DNA of 64,000 nucleotides from Collinsella sp. (GTDB taxonomy: Bacteria; Actinomycetota; Coriobacteriia; Coriobacteriales; Coriobacteriaceae): positions 22,198-86,197 of the forward strand of contig JAGZBF010000005.1 of assembly GCA_018370025.1 (NCBI GenBank), read 5' to 3'. Both the position numbers and the translations under genes were made by a program. Shown in pieces: positions 18,165 through 27,838 of the stretch. The notes under the pieces are model-generated. The model worked only from the letters and a program-made list of their open reading frames with translations, ran no database searches and was not told the origin of the DNA. The first letter of the stretch is position 1; every line of letters begins with the position of its first letter.

Positions 18165-19370
18165 ATGACCACCCCCGACGAAAAGACATTCGCCACGCTC
18201 ACCAAGCTGTTCGAGGAGGAGTTTGGCCCCATCGGCGACCGCCAGGTGCTCTACGTGCACGCGCCCGGCCGCTCCGAGATCAGCGGCAACCACACTGACC
18301 ACGAGGGTGGCCACGTTATCGCCGGCTCGCTCGATGTCGCCGTCGACGGCATCGCCGTGGCAACCGATTCCAACAAGGTTCGCGTAGCCGACGAGGGCTA
18401 TCCCACGTTTGAGATCGCGCTCGACACGCTAGACGTTCAGGAGTCCGAGAAGGGCACGTCCGCGAGCCTCGTCCGCGGCATGGCCCACGAAATCGCAGCC
18501 CTTGGCGTTGAGCCCAAAGGCTTCGACTTTGCCTTTACCTGCTCCGTCCCCTCGGGCGGCGGCCTTTCCAGCTCTGCCGCCGTCGAAGCCGCGTACGGTC
18601 GTGCCATGGAGACGCTCTGGGGCGCGCCCGCCATTGAGCCCGTCACGCTCGCCCAGATGAGCCAGCGCACCGAGAACAACTATTACGGCAAGCCCTGCGG
18701 TCTGATGGACCAGGCCGCCGTTTGCTTGGGCGGCCTCGCCTACATGGACTTTGAGGATCAGGCTCAGCCTAAAACCCAGAAGCTCGAGCTCAACTTTGAG
18801 GATCACGGTTATGCTCTCGTGCTCGTTAAGGTCGGTGCCGACCACGTGGCCGCCACCGAAGACTACGCCGCCGTTCCGCGCGAGATGCAGGACGTCGCCG
18901 CCGAGTTTGGCAAGGCACGCCTGTGCGAGGTAAACGTGGCGGACTTTGACGCCAAGCTCCCCGAGCTGCGCGCCAAGCTGGGCGACCGCGCCTGCCTGCG
19001 CGCCGTTCACTACTGGTACGAAAACGGCCTGGTCGATAAGCGCTGGGCTGCCCTGAACGCCGGCGACATCGATCAGTTCCTGGTCCTGACGCGCGAGTCC
19101 GGCGCCAGCTCTGCCATGTACCTACAGAATGTCGTTGCCAAGCTGGGCTCCGAGCAGCCCTCGATGTATGCCCTGGCACTGGCCGAGCACGTGCTCGACG
19201 GCCGTGGCGCCGTCCGTATCCACGGTGGCGGCTTTGGTGGCACCATCCAGGCCTTCGTGCCGCTCGACCTGGTCGACACCTTTATCACCAAGATGAACGG
19301 CTGGCTGGGCGAGGGCCCTGCCCGCCACTACGCAATTTCTGACAAGGGGGCTTACGCGGCATGGCTGTAA
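18165..19370 (+). CDS. galK: Galactokinase
   Basis: APGRSEISGNHTDH, VPSGGGLSSSAA, GKPCGLMDQ and HGGGFGG. Confidence 0.92.
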   Translation: MTTPDEKTFATLTKLFEEEFGPIGDRQVLYVHAPGRSEISGNHTDHEGGHVIAGSLDVAVDGIAVATDSNKVRVADEGYPTFEIALDTLDVQESEKGTSASLVRGMAHEIAALGVEPKGFDFAFTCSVPSGGGLSSSAAVEAAYGRAMETLWGAPAIEPVTLAQMSQRTENNYYGKPCGLMDQAAVCLGGLAYMDFEDQAQPKTQKLELNFEDHGYALVLVKVGADHVAATEDYAAVPREMQDVAAEFGKARLCEVNVADFDAKLPELRAKLGDRACLRAVHYWYENGLVDKRWAALNAGDIDQFLVLTRESGASSAMYLQNVVAKLGSEQPSMYALALAEHVLDGRGAVRIHGGGFGGTIQAFVPLDLVDTFITKMNGWLGEGPARHYAISDKGAYAAWL

Positions 19371-20989
19371 TGACTGACGTGCGCGAGGCCGCGCAGAACC
19401 TGATCGAGTACGCTATCCACCGATCGATGATCGGCCAGGACGATCGCATCTGGGCGTATAACACCATTCTCGAGTGCATCGGTGCTACGGGCCCGGCGCT
19501 CGACATGGCCTGGGCGCTCCAGGCCGAAAAACTCTCGCTCTTGCACCCCGACACCCTGCCCAACTTTGACCTTGAAGGCACACTTGCCGCGCTTGCCGAG
19601 GCGGCCGTTGCCAACGGCGCCGCCGAGGACACGGCATCGGGCCGCGACCGCATCGCCATGCGCATCATGGGCGCGCTCATGCCAAGGCCTTCGGTTGTAA
19701 ACGAGGAGTTCAACGGACGCATGGGCGTCAACGAGCCCCGCGCCGCGACCGACTGGTTCTACGGCCTGTGCTGCGACGCCGGCTACGTGCGCCGTGCCGC
19801 CATCGCGCGCAACATCAAATGGAGCACCCCCACCAACTGGGGCGACCTCGAGATTACCATCAACCTGTCAAAGCCCGAAAAGGACCCGCGCGATATTGCC
19901 GCGGCCGGCGCCGCCAAAAACACGGGCGAGAAGTATCCCGCCTGCCAGCTCTGCATCGAAAACGAAGGCTATCCCGGACGCTCCGCTGCAGCCGACGGCG
20001 GCGCCCATCCCGCCCGCCAGAATCTGCGCGTTATCCCCATTAAGCTCGACGGCGAGCGCTGGGGCTTCCAATACAGCCCGTACGCGTACTTTAACGAGCA
20101 CTGCATTGCCATGAGCTCCGAGCATCGTCCGATGCACGTCGACCGCAAGGGGCTGACCTGCCTGCTCGACTTTGTCGACCTGTTCCCGCACTACTTCATT
20201 GGCTCCAACGCCGACCTGCCCATCGTGGGCGGCTCGATTCTGTCGCACGACCACTTCCAGGGCGGCGCGCACGAGTTCCCCATGATGCACGCCGCCGAGG
20301 TCTCGCAGTTTAGCGTGCCGGGCTTTGACCAGGTCATCGGTACCGTGTTACAGTGGCCGCTTTCGGTGCTGCGACTACGATCGCACGACCGCGCCCAGCT
20401 GCTCGACGCCGCCGAGAAGATTATCCTTGCCTGGCGCGAGTGGACCGATGAGTCGGTTGGCGTCATCGCACACACGGCCGACGGCGTGGCCCACAACACC
20501 GTGACGCCCGTCATCCGCCGCGTCGACTCCCGCGGCAACGCCGGCGGCGAAATCTACGAGGCCTACCTGGCGCTTCGCTGCAACATCACGACCGACGAGC
20601 ATCCGCTGGGCGTATTCCATCCGCATGCTGAGTACCACCACATCAAAAAGGAGAACATCGGCCTGATCGAGGTCATGGGCCTGGCCATTTTGCCGCCGCG
20701 CTTGGTTCCCGAGCTCGGCGCTGTCCGCGAGCACCTGCTGGCGGCCAAGGCAGATGCCAGCTACGACCTTGCCGGCGCGCTCGAGGGCGACGACCTTTGC
20801 CGCAGCCACGCCGCATGGGCTGAGGACGTCTTTGCCCGCCGCGCCGACGAGCTTACGGCCGACAACGCCATCGACATCCTGCACGAAGAGGTCGGCGTGG
20901 TGTTTGGCCACGTGCTCGACAACGCCGGCGTCTTTAAGTGGGACGAGGCAGGACGCGCCGCCCAACAGCGCTTTATCGACTCGCTATAG
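19370..20989 (+). CDS. galT: Galactose-1-phosphate uridylyltransferase, class II
   Basis: EITINLSKPEKDP, QYSPYAYFNEH, SILSHDHFQGG and HIKKENIGLIEVMG; TAATG overlap with galK. Confidence 0.93.
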   Translation: MTDVREAAQNLIEYAIHRSMIGQDDRIWAYNTILECIGATGPALDMAWALQAEKLSLLHPDTLPNFDLEGTLAALAEAAVANGAAEDTASGRDRIAMRIMGALMPRPSVVNEEFNGRMGVNEPRAATDWFYGLCCDAGYVRRAAIARNIKWSTPTNWGDLEITINLSKPEKDPRDIAAAGAAKNTGEKYPACQLCIENEGYPGRSAAADGGAHPARQNLRVIPIKLDGERWGFQYSPYAYFNEHCIAMSSEHRPMHVDRKGLTCLLDFVDLFPHYFIGSNADLPIVGGSILSHDHFQGGAHEFPMMHAAEVSQFSVPGFDQVIGTVLQWPLSVLRLRSHDRAQLLDAAEKIILAWREWTDESVGVIAHTADGVAHNTVTPVIRRVDSRGNAGGEIYEAYLALRCNITTDEHPLGVFHPHAEYHHIKKENIGLIEVMGLAILPPRLVPELGAVREHLLAAKADASYDLAGALEGDDLCRSHAAWAEDVFARRADELTADNAIDILHEEVGVVFGHVLDNAGVFKWDEAGRAAQQRFIDSL

Positions 20990-21036
20990 CATGCGAGCTC
21001 GAACGCACGCACTCAACAAATAGCGTCTACACGACA

Positions 21037-21076
21037 ACGGCGCCCGCCGGCAACATCACCGACGGGCGCCGTTTTT
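21037..21076 (+). terminator. Probable intrinsic terminator after galT
   Basis: AACGGCGCCCG...CGGGCGCCGTTTTT. Confidence 0.65.
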
Positions 21077-21186
21077 GAGTGTAGTCATTGGGGTCATTCT
21101 TAAGGGGCGTTCTTAAACGACTAGTCATTAAAGAGCGTCCCCAATGACTATTTGCGACCAAGGCAACGCCGGTGTCTTGGCAACGA

Positions 21187-21331
21187 CAGCGAAAACGCCC
21201 CTAAGCGAGCAAGGTGACGTGAAAGAGGAGGGCATTGACCTTTTGGTCATGCCCGACGATTGAACGTCAGATTGCCGCTTAGGGGCGTTTGCAGCGTCGC
21301 GCCGTTACGCGGTTTGGTAAAACCGCGTAAC
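21187..21331 (-). repeat. Structured ~150-bp intergenic repeat, family A, copy 3
   Basis: Reverse complement of copies 1 and 2, starting right after the lacC stop codon. Confidence 0.85.
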
Positions 21332-21332
21332 C

Positions 21333-22268
21333 CTACAGTTCAGTCACGACAACGCTGTTGTAGACCTCGTCCCAGCGGTCCATGACCAGGTGGCCGGTCT
21401 TGGGATCCATGGCGTTGAGCTTGCCGCAGGTATTGGCGGTCTTGAGCACCGTGACGTCGTCGGCACCAGCAGCAATGGCATGCGCAAAACCGGCAATGGT
21501 CGAGTCACCGGAACCCGTCGCGTTCACAGCCGCAATCGCGGGCGTCTTGGCGCGGAACGCGCGGCCCTCATGGAAGCCCACCGAACCGGCAGCGCCCATC
21601 GAAACGACAACCCAGGGGATACCGGCAAAACGGTCATCGGCGGCAAGCGCCTCGCGCAGGGCATCGACATCATCGGTCGTAAAGGACGTACCCAGCAGGC
21701 CGTTAATCTCGGTCAGGTTGGGCTTTACGAGCTCAGGCTTAGCGTCGGACTCCAGCGCGGCCTCCAGCGATGCACCCGAGGTGTCGAGCAGCACCTTGGC
21801 GCCCGCCTCCTCGGCAATCTTGACGAGCTCGGCATAGTAGCCGGCATCGACACCACGCGGCAGCGAGCCCGAAAGCGTCACAACGTCCGCCTTTGCTGCA
21901 AGCTCGGCGAATTTTGCCGTAAAGGCCTCGAGCTCGGCCGGGGCGATCTGCGGGCCGCTCTCCAAAAGCTCGGTCTGATTACCCTCGTGCAGAATATTCA
22001 GGCAAATGCGCGTCTCACCGGCGATGGGCACAAAGTCGTTCTTGACGCCGTCGGCATCCATAAGCTCGGCCATATAGGCACCCATGTGGCCGCCGAGCAG
22101 ACCGGTCGCGAGCACATCGTCGCCCAACTGCAGCAGCACACGGCTCACGTTAAGGCCCTTGCCGCCAGCGGTCTTTTCGGGCGTCACGCGGTTTACATCG
22201 TCGATGATCAGCTTGTCGAGCTGATAGCGCGTATCAATCGACGGGTTCATGGTAACGGTCAGAATCAT
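21333..22268 (-). CDS. lacC: Tagatose-6-phosphate kinase (PfkB family), copy 1
   Basis: MILTVTMNPSID, AGGKGLNV, VKPN and NATGSGDS; downstream of lacAB. Confidence 0.88.
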   Translation of the reverse strand: MILTVTMNPSIDTRYQLDKLIIDDVNRVTPEKTAGGKGLNVSRVLLQLGDDVLATGLLGGHMGAYMAELMDADGVKNDFVPIAGETRICLNILHEGNQTELLESGPQIAPAELEAFTAKFAELAAKADVVTLSGSLPRGVDAGYYAELVKIAEEAGAKVLLDTSGASLEAALESDAKPELVKPNLTEINGLLGTSFTTDDVDALREALAADDRFAGIPWVVVSMGAAGSVGFHEGRAFRAKTPAIAAVNATGSGDSTIAGFAHAIAAGADDVTVLKTANTCGKLNAMDPKTGHLVMDRWDEVYNSVVVTEL

Positions 22269-22324
22269 ATTGAACTCCTGTTTCCGGGGCACGACACGCG
22301 CGGCCCCAAACATACGATAGCTCG

Positions 22325-23206
22325 TTAAAGGATCTCGATCTCAAAGCCGCGGGTAACGGTCTCCCCCGGCTTGGCCACCAGGCAGCCGCGCTTGTGCTCC
22401 AGGATATCGTCCTCGTCGGAGCAGGTGGACAGGCCGCCCCACGGTTCCACGGCCACAAAGTCACCCTCGGGCTTGCTCCACACAATCAGGTACGGCATAT
22501 CGGGGAACGTCAGTCGCACGCCCTTGTCCTCGGTCTTCTTGGTCAGCGTAACCACGCGGCTCTCGAGCACGTCAAAGATGGTCTCCGCGAAGTCAAAGAG
22601 TTCGTGGGTCAGCGGCAGGTCATGGCCAACCATCGGGTTCTTGCTGCGATGCTCAACATCAATCAGGCCCGTCGAGGGAACGGCAGTACAGAGCTCGGCG
22701 GCCTCGCGCTGCTCAAAACGGAGCTCGTAGTCGTCATAGGACTCGCCCTCGTCAAGCGGGCACTTAAAGCCAGGGTGACCGCCCACAAAGAACGGCATGT
22801 CCTCGGTGCCCTCATTGGTCACCTCGTACGACACGGCCACCTTCTCCGCATCGATCGTGTAACGAGCAACGATCTTAAACGGATACGGGTACTGCTCGAG
22901 CAACTCGGCATGGTCGGCAGAGCTTAGACTCAGCGCAACCATGTTGTCGCTCTGCTCCTCGAGCTTCCACTCCTGTTTGCGCGCAAAGCCGTGGCGGGCG
23001 AACTTTACCTCGCGGCCGCCCATGGTCATTGCGTGACCATCACGAAGGCCGCCGCAGATCGGGAAGCAAATGGGTGCCTGGCCCGACCAGACCGAAGGAT
23101 CGCCCTGCCACAGGTACTCGCGACCGTTGGCTTTAATCGAAGTGAACGATCCGCCAGCCGTGCTCAGTACCACGCGAACAGAACCGTTATCAAGAACAAA
23201 CTCCAT
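22325..23206 (-). CDS. lacX: LacX-like aldose 1-epimerase family protein, copy 1
   Basis: EYLWQGDP..W..QAP, RHGFAR, GGHPGF and FVAVEPW. Confidence 0.85.
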   Translation of the reverse strand: MEFVLDNGSVRVVLSTAGGSFTSIKANGREYLWQGDPSVWSGQAPICFPICGGLRDGHAMTMGGREVKFARHGFARKQEWKLEEQSDNMVALSLSSADHAELLEQYPYPFKIVARYTIDAEKVAVSYEVTNEGTEDMPFFVGGHPGFKCPLDEGESYDDYELRFEQREAAELCTAVPSTGLIDVEHRSKNPMVGHDLPLTHELFDFAETIFDVLESRVVTLTKKTEDKGVRLTFPDMPYLIVWSKPEGDFVAVEPWGGLSTCSDEDDILEHKRGCLVAKPGETVTRGFEIEIL

Positions 23207-23325
23207 AGGAGCCTTCCCTTTCTTACGACAGCCCGCCAAGTCAATAGGGCTGATAGAAAACCGGCTCGCGCCCCCTCACAGAAACGCGAGCCGTCAACGG
23301 ACTAGTTAATTACGCCGGATACCCG

Positions 23326-23850
23326 CTAATCGTGGTATTCGCCGCGGTCCCACTTCTCGAGGAACTCGTCAAAGAAGTGCGGGTCAGCCTGAGCCTCGGC
23401 ATCGGCCTTATTGCAGGCATCGATCTTGGCGATCAGGGCATCGTGCTCGGGGGTCTTCTCGTAGGGCTCCTCCAGGAAGGCAAGCATGATATCGGCCATC
23501 AGGAACTCGCCGGTGATCTTGCCGCCAAAGCCCACGATGTTGGCGTTGAGCTCGCGACGGGCATACAGGGCAGAGGTCATATCGCGGACCAGGGCGCAGC
23601 GGGCGCCGGGAACCTTGTTGACGGCGTTGGTGATGCCGATGCCGGTGCCGCACAGGGCCACGCCAAAATCGGCCTTGCCGCTGGCGACAGCCTCGCCCAC
23701 GGCCTTACCGTAGATGGGATAGTGCGTACGGGTGTGGCTGTAGGTGCCGCAGTCGAGCACCTTGTAGCCAGCCTGCTCCAGGCGGTCGGCCAGATAGATC
23801 TTCTCGTCCGTAACGATATGGTCGCAACCGATTGCGATGGTCTTCTTCAT
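23326..23850 (-). CDS. lacB: Galactose-6-phosphate isomerase subunit B
   Basis: [23 protein letters not shown] and [12 protein letters not shown]. Confidence 0.95.
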   Translation of the reverse strand: MKKTIAIGCDHIVTDEKIYLADRLEQAGYKVLDCGTYSHTRTHYPIYGKAVGEAVASGKADFGVALCGTGIGITNAVNKVPGARCALVRDMTSALYARRELNANIVGFGGKITGEFLMADIMLAFLEEPYEKTPEHDALIAKIDACNKADAEAQADPHFFDEFLEKWDRGEYHD

Positions 23851-23913
23851 CAGAACGTCCTTTCGTCTGAATTCACAAGTTGAGGTAGAAGTTCGAGTTC
23901 TCGGTGGCTCTCG

Positions 23914-24342
23914 TTAGGCCATCTTGTTGAGCATGTCGACACGGATCTGGTGACGGCCGCCGGCGTACTGGGCACGCAGGAACTCGCGGGCGATCTTCTT
24001 GGCGACCTCGGTGCCCACAACGCCCGGGCCCATGGTGACCATGCGCGAGCCGTTGTGCTCGCGGGTCATGTAAGCGGAACGCTCGTCGGAAATGTTGGCG
24101 ACGACCATGCCCTTGATCTTGACGGCGGCCATATAGGAGCCGACGCCGTACTTATCGAATGCGAAGCCTTGGGAATCCTTGTGCTCCAGCAGGTCCTTGG
24201 CAACGGCGGTCGCGGAATCGACAAAGTCCGCGGCAGGGGTCTCGGAATAGTCGACGACCTCGTGACCGTCGGCGATGAGCATCTCCTTGATGGACTCCTT
24301 CATCGACATACCGTCGGCATCGGAAGCGATTACAACCCTCAT
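23914..24342 (-). CDS. lacA: Galactose-6-phosphate isomerase subunit A
   Basis: SDERSAYMTREHN and YAGGRHQIRVDMLNKM. Confidence 0.95.
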   Translation of the reverse strand: MRVVIASDADGMSMKESIKEMLIADGHEVVDYSETPAADFVDSATAVAKDLLEHKDSQGFAFDKYGVGSYMAAVKIKGMVVANISDERSAYMTREHNGSRMVTMGPGVVGTEVAKKIAREFLRAQYAGGRHQIRVDMLNKMA

Positions 24343-24435
24343 GACATCCTCCTTGAGAGATACGCAGGTGCGTAGTTTCTGTTTGGAAGTGTTGAATCGC
24401 GTTCAGGTCCGGGCATCTGAATGTGCGGTTCTTCA

Positions 24436-24512
24436 CTGTTCATGTTTATTTGAACACATTCGAACATCAACTGCAAGAATTATTTGTTTGTCTTTGTTCT
24501 TTTTTGAACAAA
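24436..24512. promoter_or_regulatory. Candidate LacR (DeoR) operator region upstream of lacA
   Basis: Multiple TGTT/AACA half sites; similar GAACA arrays lie upstream of lacF (26345-26450). Confidence 0.45.
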
Positions 24513-24650
24513 TACCGTTCGCGGATGATTGCTGACCGTTTGGAATCGGGGAAAGCCCACCCTGCCACGTATTCAACAAACAAAAGGGCGGCCGAGAACG
24601 TGTCTCGGCCGCCCTTCGGCGGTATTCCCCGGTATATACAGCTGTTTTAG

Positions 24651-25664
24651 CTACTCGGACTGCCCGCCCTTTTTGGCGTGCTTGGACGGAGCGCTCAGAA
24701 AGCGACCCGTCAAATAGTTCGCCGGGCCGGAAATATCAATCCCCAGCAGGGTGTGCCCCAGCCACAAAAACGCCGCGAGCACCAGCAATGGAATCACGCA
24801 CGAGGTCACGATCATCACGATGACGCCTTCGATAAGGTCGGTCACCTGCTGCACGATCTCGTCGGTCATCTGCTTGGCACCACTGGTTACCGACGTGACC
24901 AGGCTTGAGGCACCGTCGGCAAGCTGCTCAAGCACGTTCTTGGACTCTGTGGACTCGGTCTTTTTCTTGCTTGCTTTGGAGCTATCACTATTTGCCGTAC
25001 CCGCAGCGTCGGCCGCCTTTTGCTCGGCCGCTTCGATGCTCACTCGATACGTTTCGTCGACCTTTTGCGACACCCATACGCTTGCAGGCACCAACGCCAT
25101 GCCGATCGTGGCGACCACCAGCACGCGAGTCGCCACGCGGCGCAGGACGGCGCTCGTGCTCCAGCGCCCGTGAATGCCGAGCGACACCGCAAGGAGCACC
25201 AGCGCAAACGGGATCAGGATGCCCAGGCCAACCGACCACAAAATGGTCAGCAGGTATTTCTCGAGGTAGAGCACGGCAAGCACGATGCCCAAGTTACCCG
25301 AAAGCTGCGCGAGCTGCTCGGCAACCGGCGTTCCCGTATCGCCCGGCAGCGCAGTGATACCCGCAGATAGGGCGACGCACGAGGTCGTGAGCGCCAAAAC
25401 ATTGCCCTTCTTTTGATCGATGACCTCGATGGTGGAGTCCCAAGTCTTGGTATCGGCGAAATGCGGACGAGCTACAAAGCCCGACAGCAGCGCCAGTACC
25501 ACGAGCGCAACGATAAAGCCAATCTGCAGCTTTTTGTTTGCGCACACGACATCGGACAGACTGGGCTGCAGCTCGGTTACCGTCGTGTGCTCGGTTATCT
25601 GGACAGGACGCCCATGAGCCATCTCGTGCGCGTCTCTTTTTTGTATTGACCCGTTATCCGGCAT
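24651..25664 (-). CDS. Hypothetical membrane protein (4-5 TM segments)
   Basis: GAGGAGG RBS, several hydrophobic helices and a polar loop; no family recognised. Confidence 0.7.
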   Translation of the reverse strand: MPDNGSIQKRDAHEMAHGRPVQITEHTTVTELQPSLSDVVCANKKLQIGFIVALVVLALLSGFVARPHFADTKTWDSTIEVIDQKKGNVLALTTSCVALSAGITALPGDTGTPVAEQLAQLSGNLGIVLAVLYLEKYLLTILWSVGLGILIPFALVLLAVSLGIHGRWSTSAVLRRVATRVLVVATIGMALVPASVWVSQKVDETYRVSIEAAEQKAADAAGTANSDSSKASKKKTESTESKNVLEQLADGASSLVTSVTSGAKQMTDEIVQQVTDLIEGVIVMIVTSCVIPLLVLAAFLWLGHTLLGIDISGPANYLTGRFLSAPSKHAKKGGQSE

Positions 25665-25922
25665 TTGGATACCTCCTCAGTCCGGGGCTTAATGCGAAAG
25701 GAAGTATACCCACCGAGCAAAAAACGAACGGGAAGACGAACAGAGCGCACCAAGACTGTCCCCAATGACTATCTCCGGATGAGTTGCGGTGGAATAGGGA
25801 TTGTTTTGCGCCCGTCGGCCCCTATTCAGTCCCTATTTCACCGCAACTTGGAGGAGGACAGAAAAAGCCCTGCCGCGGGTAGCGGCAGAGCTTTTGGAAG
25901 GGGACTTGGTTGTGAGGGCTCG

Positions 25923-26261
25923 TTAGGCGAGCTTGGCCTCGAGCTCGGCGATGCGCTTGTAGGCATCGATGGTAAAGCGGGCCTGCTTCTCCAGGATCAT
26001 AGTGGTCATGAGAGTGTCCTGAGCGTGAGCCATGATGAAGGTCATCTCCATCTCGCCACCGCCGGCCTCCTGCGAAAGCAGCTTGGTCTGCGTGTCGTGG
26101 GCGCCGATAAGTGCATCGCTGGCATCCTTGTGCAGCTGTTCGGCCTTCTCAAAATCGCCCTCGCGAGCAGCATCGAGCGCTGCAAGCAGATCGGTCTGGG
26201 CGTCACCTGCGTATGCGACAATCTCGAATCCAACCATCGAGATTTCTTCTTTGGTTGCCAT
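25923..26261 (-). CDS. lacF: PTS lactose-type EIIA
   Basis: FEIVAYAGDA, AHDTQT and MAHAQDTLMT (phospho-His). Confidence 0.92.
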   Translation of the reverse strand: MATKEEISMVGFEIVAYAGDAQTDLLAALDAAREGDFEKAEQLHKDASDALIGAHDTQTKLLSQEAGGGEMEMTFIMAHAQDTLMTTMILEKQARFTIDAYKRIAELEAKLA

Positions 26262-26476
26262 ATTGCGTTCCTTTCACATATGAACCAATGGAGAGCATCG
26301 CGTCCGGGCATACGCGCTGCGTTCTGTATGACAGAAACATTAACATTCAAACAAAAAAGAACAGCGCAAAACGTGATTTCGAGCTATGAACGGTCGCTTT
26401 TCGCCCGTGAACGGTTTTTAAACCAATCTGAACAATATCGAACACAATTAGCGGCAACCCAAACAGACCTGCGCCC

Positions 26477-27481
26477 CTAGCGTACATCGCGCACCGTATC
26501 GCCCTCGACGAGCACGCCCGGAAACAGCATGTGCTCCACACCGGGCGCAACGCCCTCGGCGCCGGCAATCTTGTCGACCGCCCACATGCCGACGCGCTTG
26601 TTGTCAAAGCGCACCGTGGTCAGGCGACGGTCGGGCACGATATCGCCCAGGCTGTCATCAACACCCACCACACTCACGTCCTCGGGCACGCGCTTTCCGC
26701 GCGACTCGAGCCCGCGAATGCAGCCGTAGGCCATGGCGTCGTTGGAAGCATAAATGGCCGTACAGGTCGGATCATCCGCCAGGGCCTGACCTGCGGCATA
26801 TCCGCTCTGCGCCGTCCAATCGCCACGGATAAGTCGCGGTGGCTCAATGCCATGCGCGCGCAATGTCTCGCGCCAGCCTTCCTCGCGCCGCATGCCCGAA
26901 AGCGAGCGCTCGGGACACGAGATAAAGTGCACGGTCTTGTGCCCCCGCTCCAGCAAGTACTCGACCACCTGGCGCGAGCAATCGAACTGGTCGTTATCGA
27001 CCGTTGAACAGAGCGGGTGCTCCAACATCGTAACGAGCACCGTCTGCATGCCGGGCAGCGGCTCAAAAGTGCCAAAGTCTGCCGGCATGCGATTCATGAT
27101 CACAACCATACCGTCCACTGGCAGTGCGCTCATGCGCGACGATGCGCTCTCGAGGGTATACGGATGCCCGTCTACTTTAGTGAGGGTGATGGCATAGCCG
27201 TGCTTATCGGCCGCGGCGGCAAAGCCCTCCATACGGTCGAGATTGCCGGTGCCGGTAATGTTGAACATGGCGACGCCGACGGTCTTAAACTTACCGCGGC
27301 GCAGCGATCGACCGGCAAAATTGGGGCGATACCCCAGCTCGCGCATGGCGGCACGCACGCGTTCCTTGGTCTCGGGGCGCACGCTGGGCGAATCGTGCAC
27401 GGTGCGCGAGACCGTCTGCTCCGAGACGCCCGCGAGACGCGCCACATCCTTAACGGATACCGATTTTTTAACAGCGGCCAT
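26477..27481 (-). CDS. LacI-family repressor, module 1
   Basis: VKDVARLAGVSEQTVSR HTH. Confidence 0.92.
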   Translation of the reverse strand: MAAVKKSVSVKDVARLAGVSEQTVSRTVHDSPSVRPETKERVRAAMRELGYRPNFAGRSLRRGKFKTVGVAMFNITGTGNLDRMEGFAAAADKHGYAITLTKVDGHPYTLESASSRMSALPVDGMVVIMNRMPADFGTFEPLPGMQTVLVTMLEHPLCSTVDNDQFDCSRQVVEYLLERGHKTVHFISCPERSLSGMRREEGWRETLRAHGIEPPRLIRGDWTAQSGYAAGQALADDPTCTAIYASNDAMAYGCIRGLESRGKRVPEDVSVVGVDDSLGDIVPDRRLTTVRFDNKRVGMWAVDKIAGAEGVAPGVEHMLFPGVLVEGDTVRDVR

Positions 27482-27495
27482 AGGTCGATCTTTCT

Positions 27496-27776
27496 ATGTC
27501 AACGATGCCATTGATGGCACCTTGCGCAGTCATTTTTACCGCCTTCAAGTATATCCAACGCCTCCCCCACCATACGCTCACCACCCAAAACCTACCGTTC
27601 ACCGACATTTTTGCTTCCCCAAACGGCTTTTGTCGACCAAATGTTAACGTTGCCATTGTGCAAACACAGAGCCACCGGGCGGCTCAAACGTTTACGCGTA
27701 AGGAATCGACGGTTCGCAGGCACAGGAACCACCGGTTCGCTTCTTTTTTTGTGTCACAAAATGGCAACGTCAACAT
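27496..27776. promoter_or_regulatory. Three LacI-type operators, consensus ATGTTAACGTTGCCAT
   Basis: Copies at 27496-27511, 27641-27656 and 27761-27776 (inverted). Confidence 0.75.
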
Positions 27777-27838
27777 TTTGGCAACCGAAAGTCAAAAGCT
27801 ACCATCGTTGCTAACCCACCGACTCTTAGGAGCATTGC

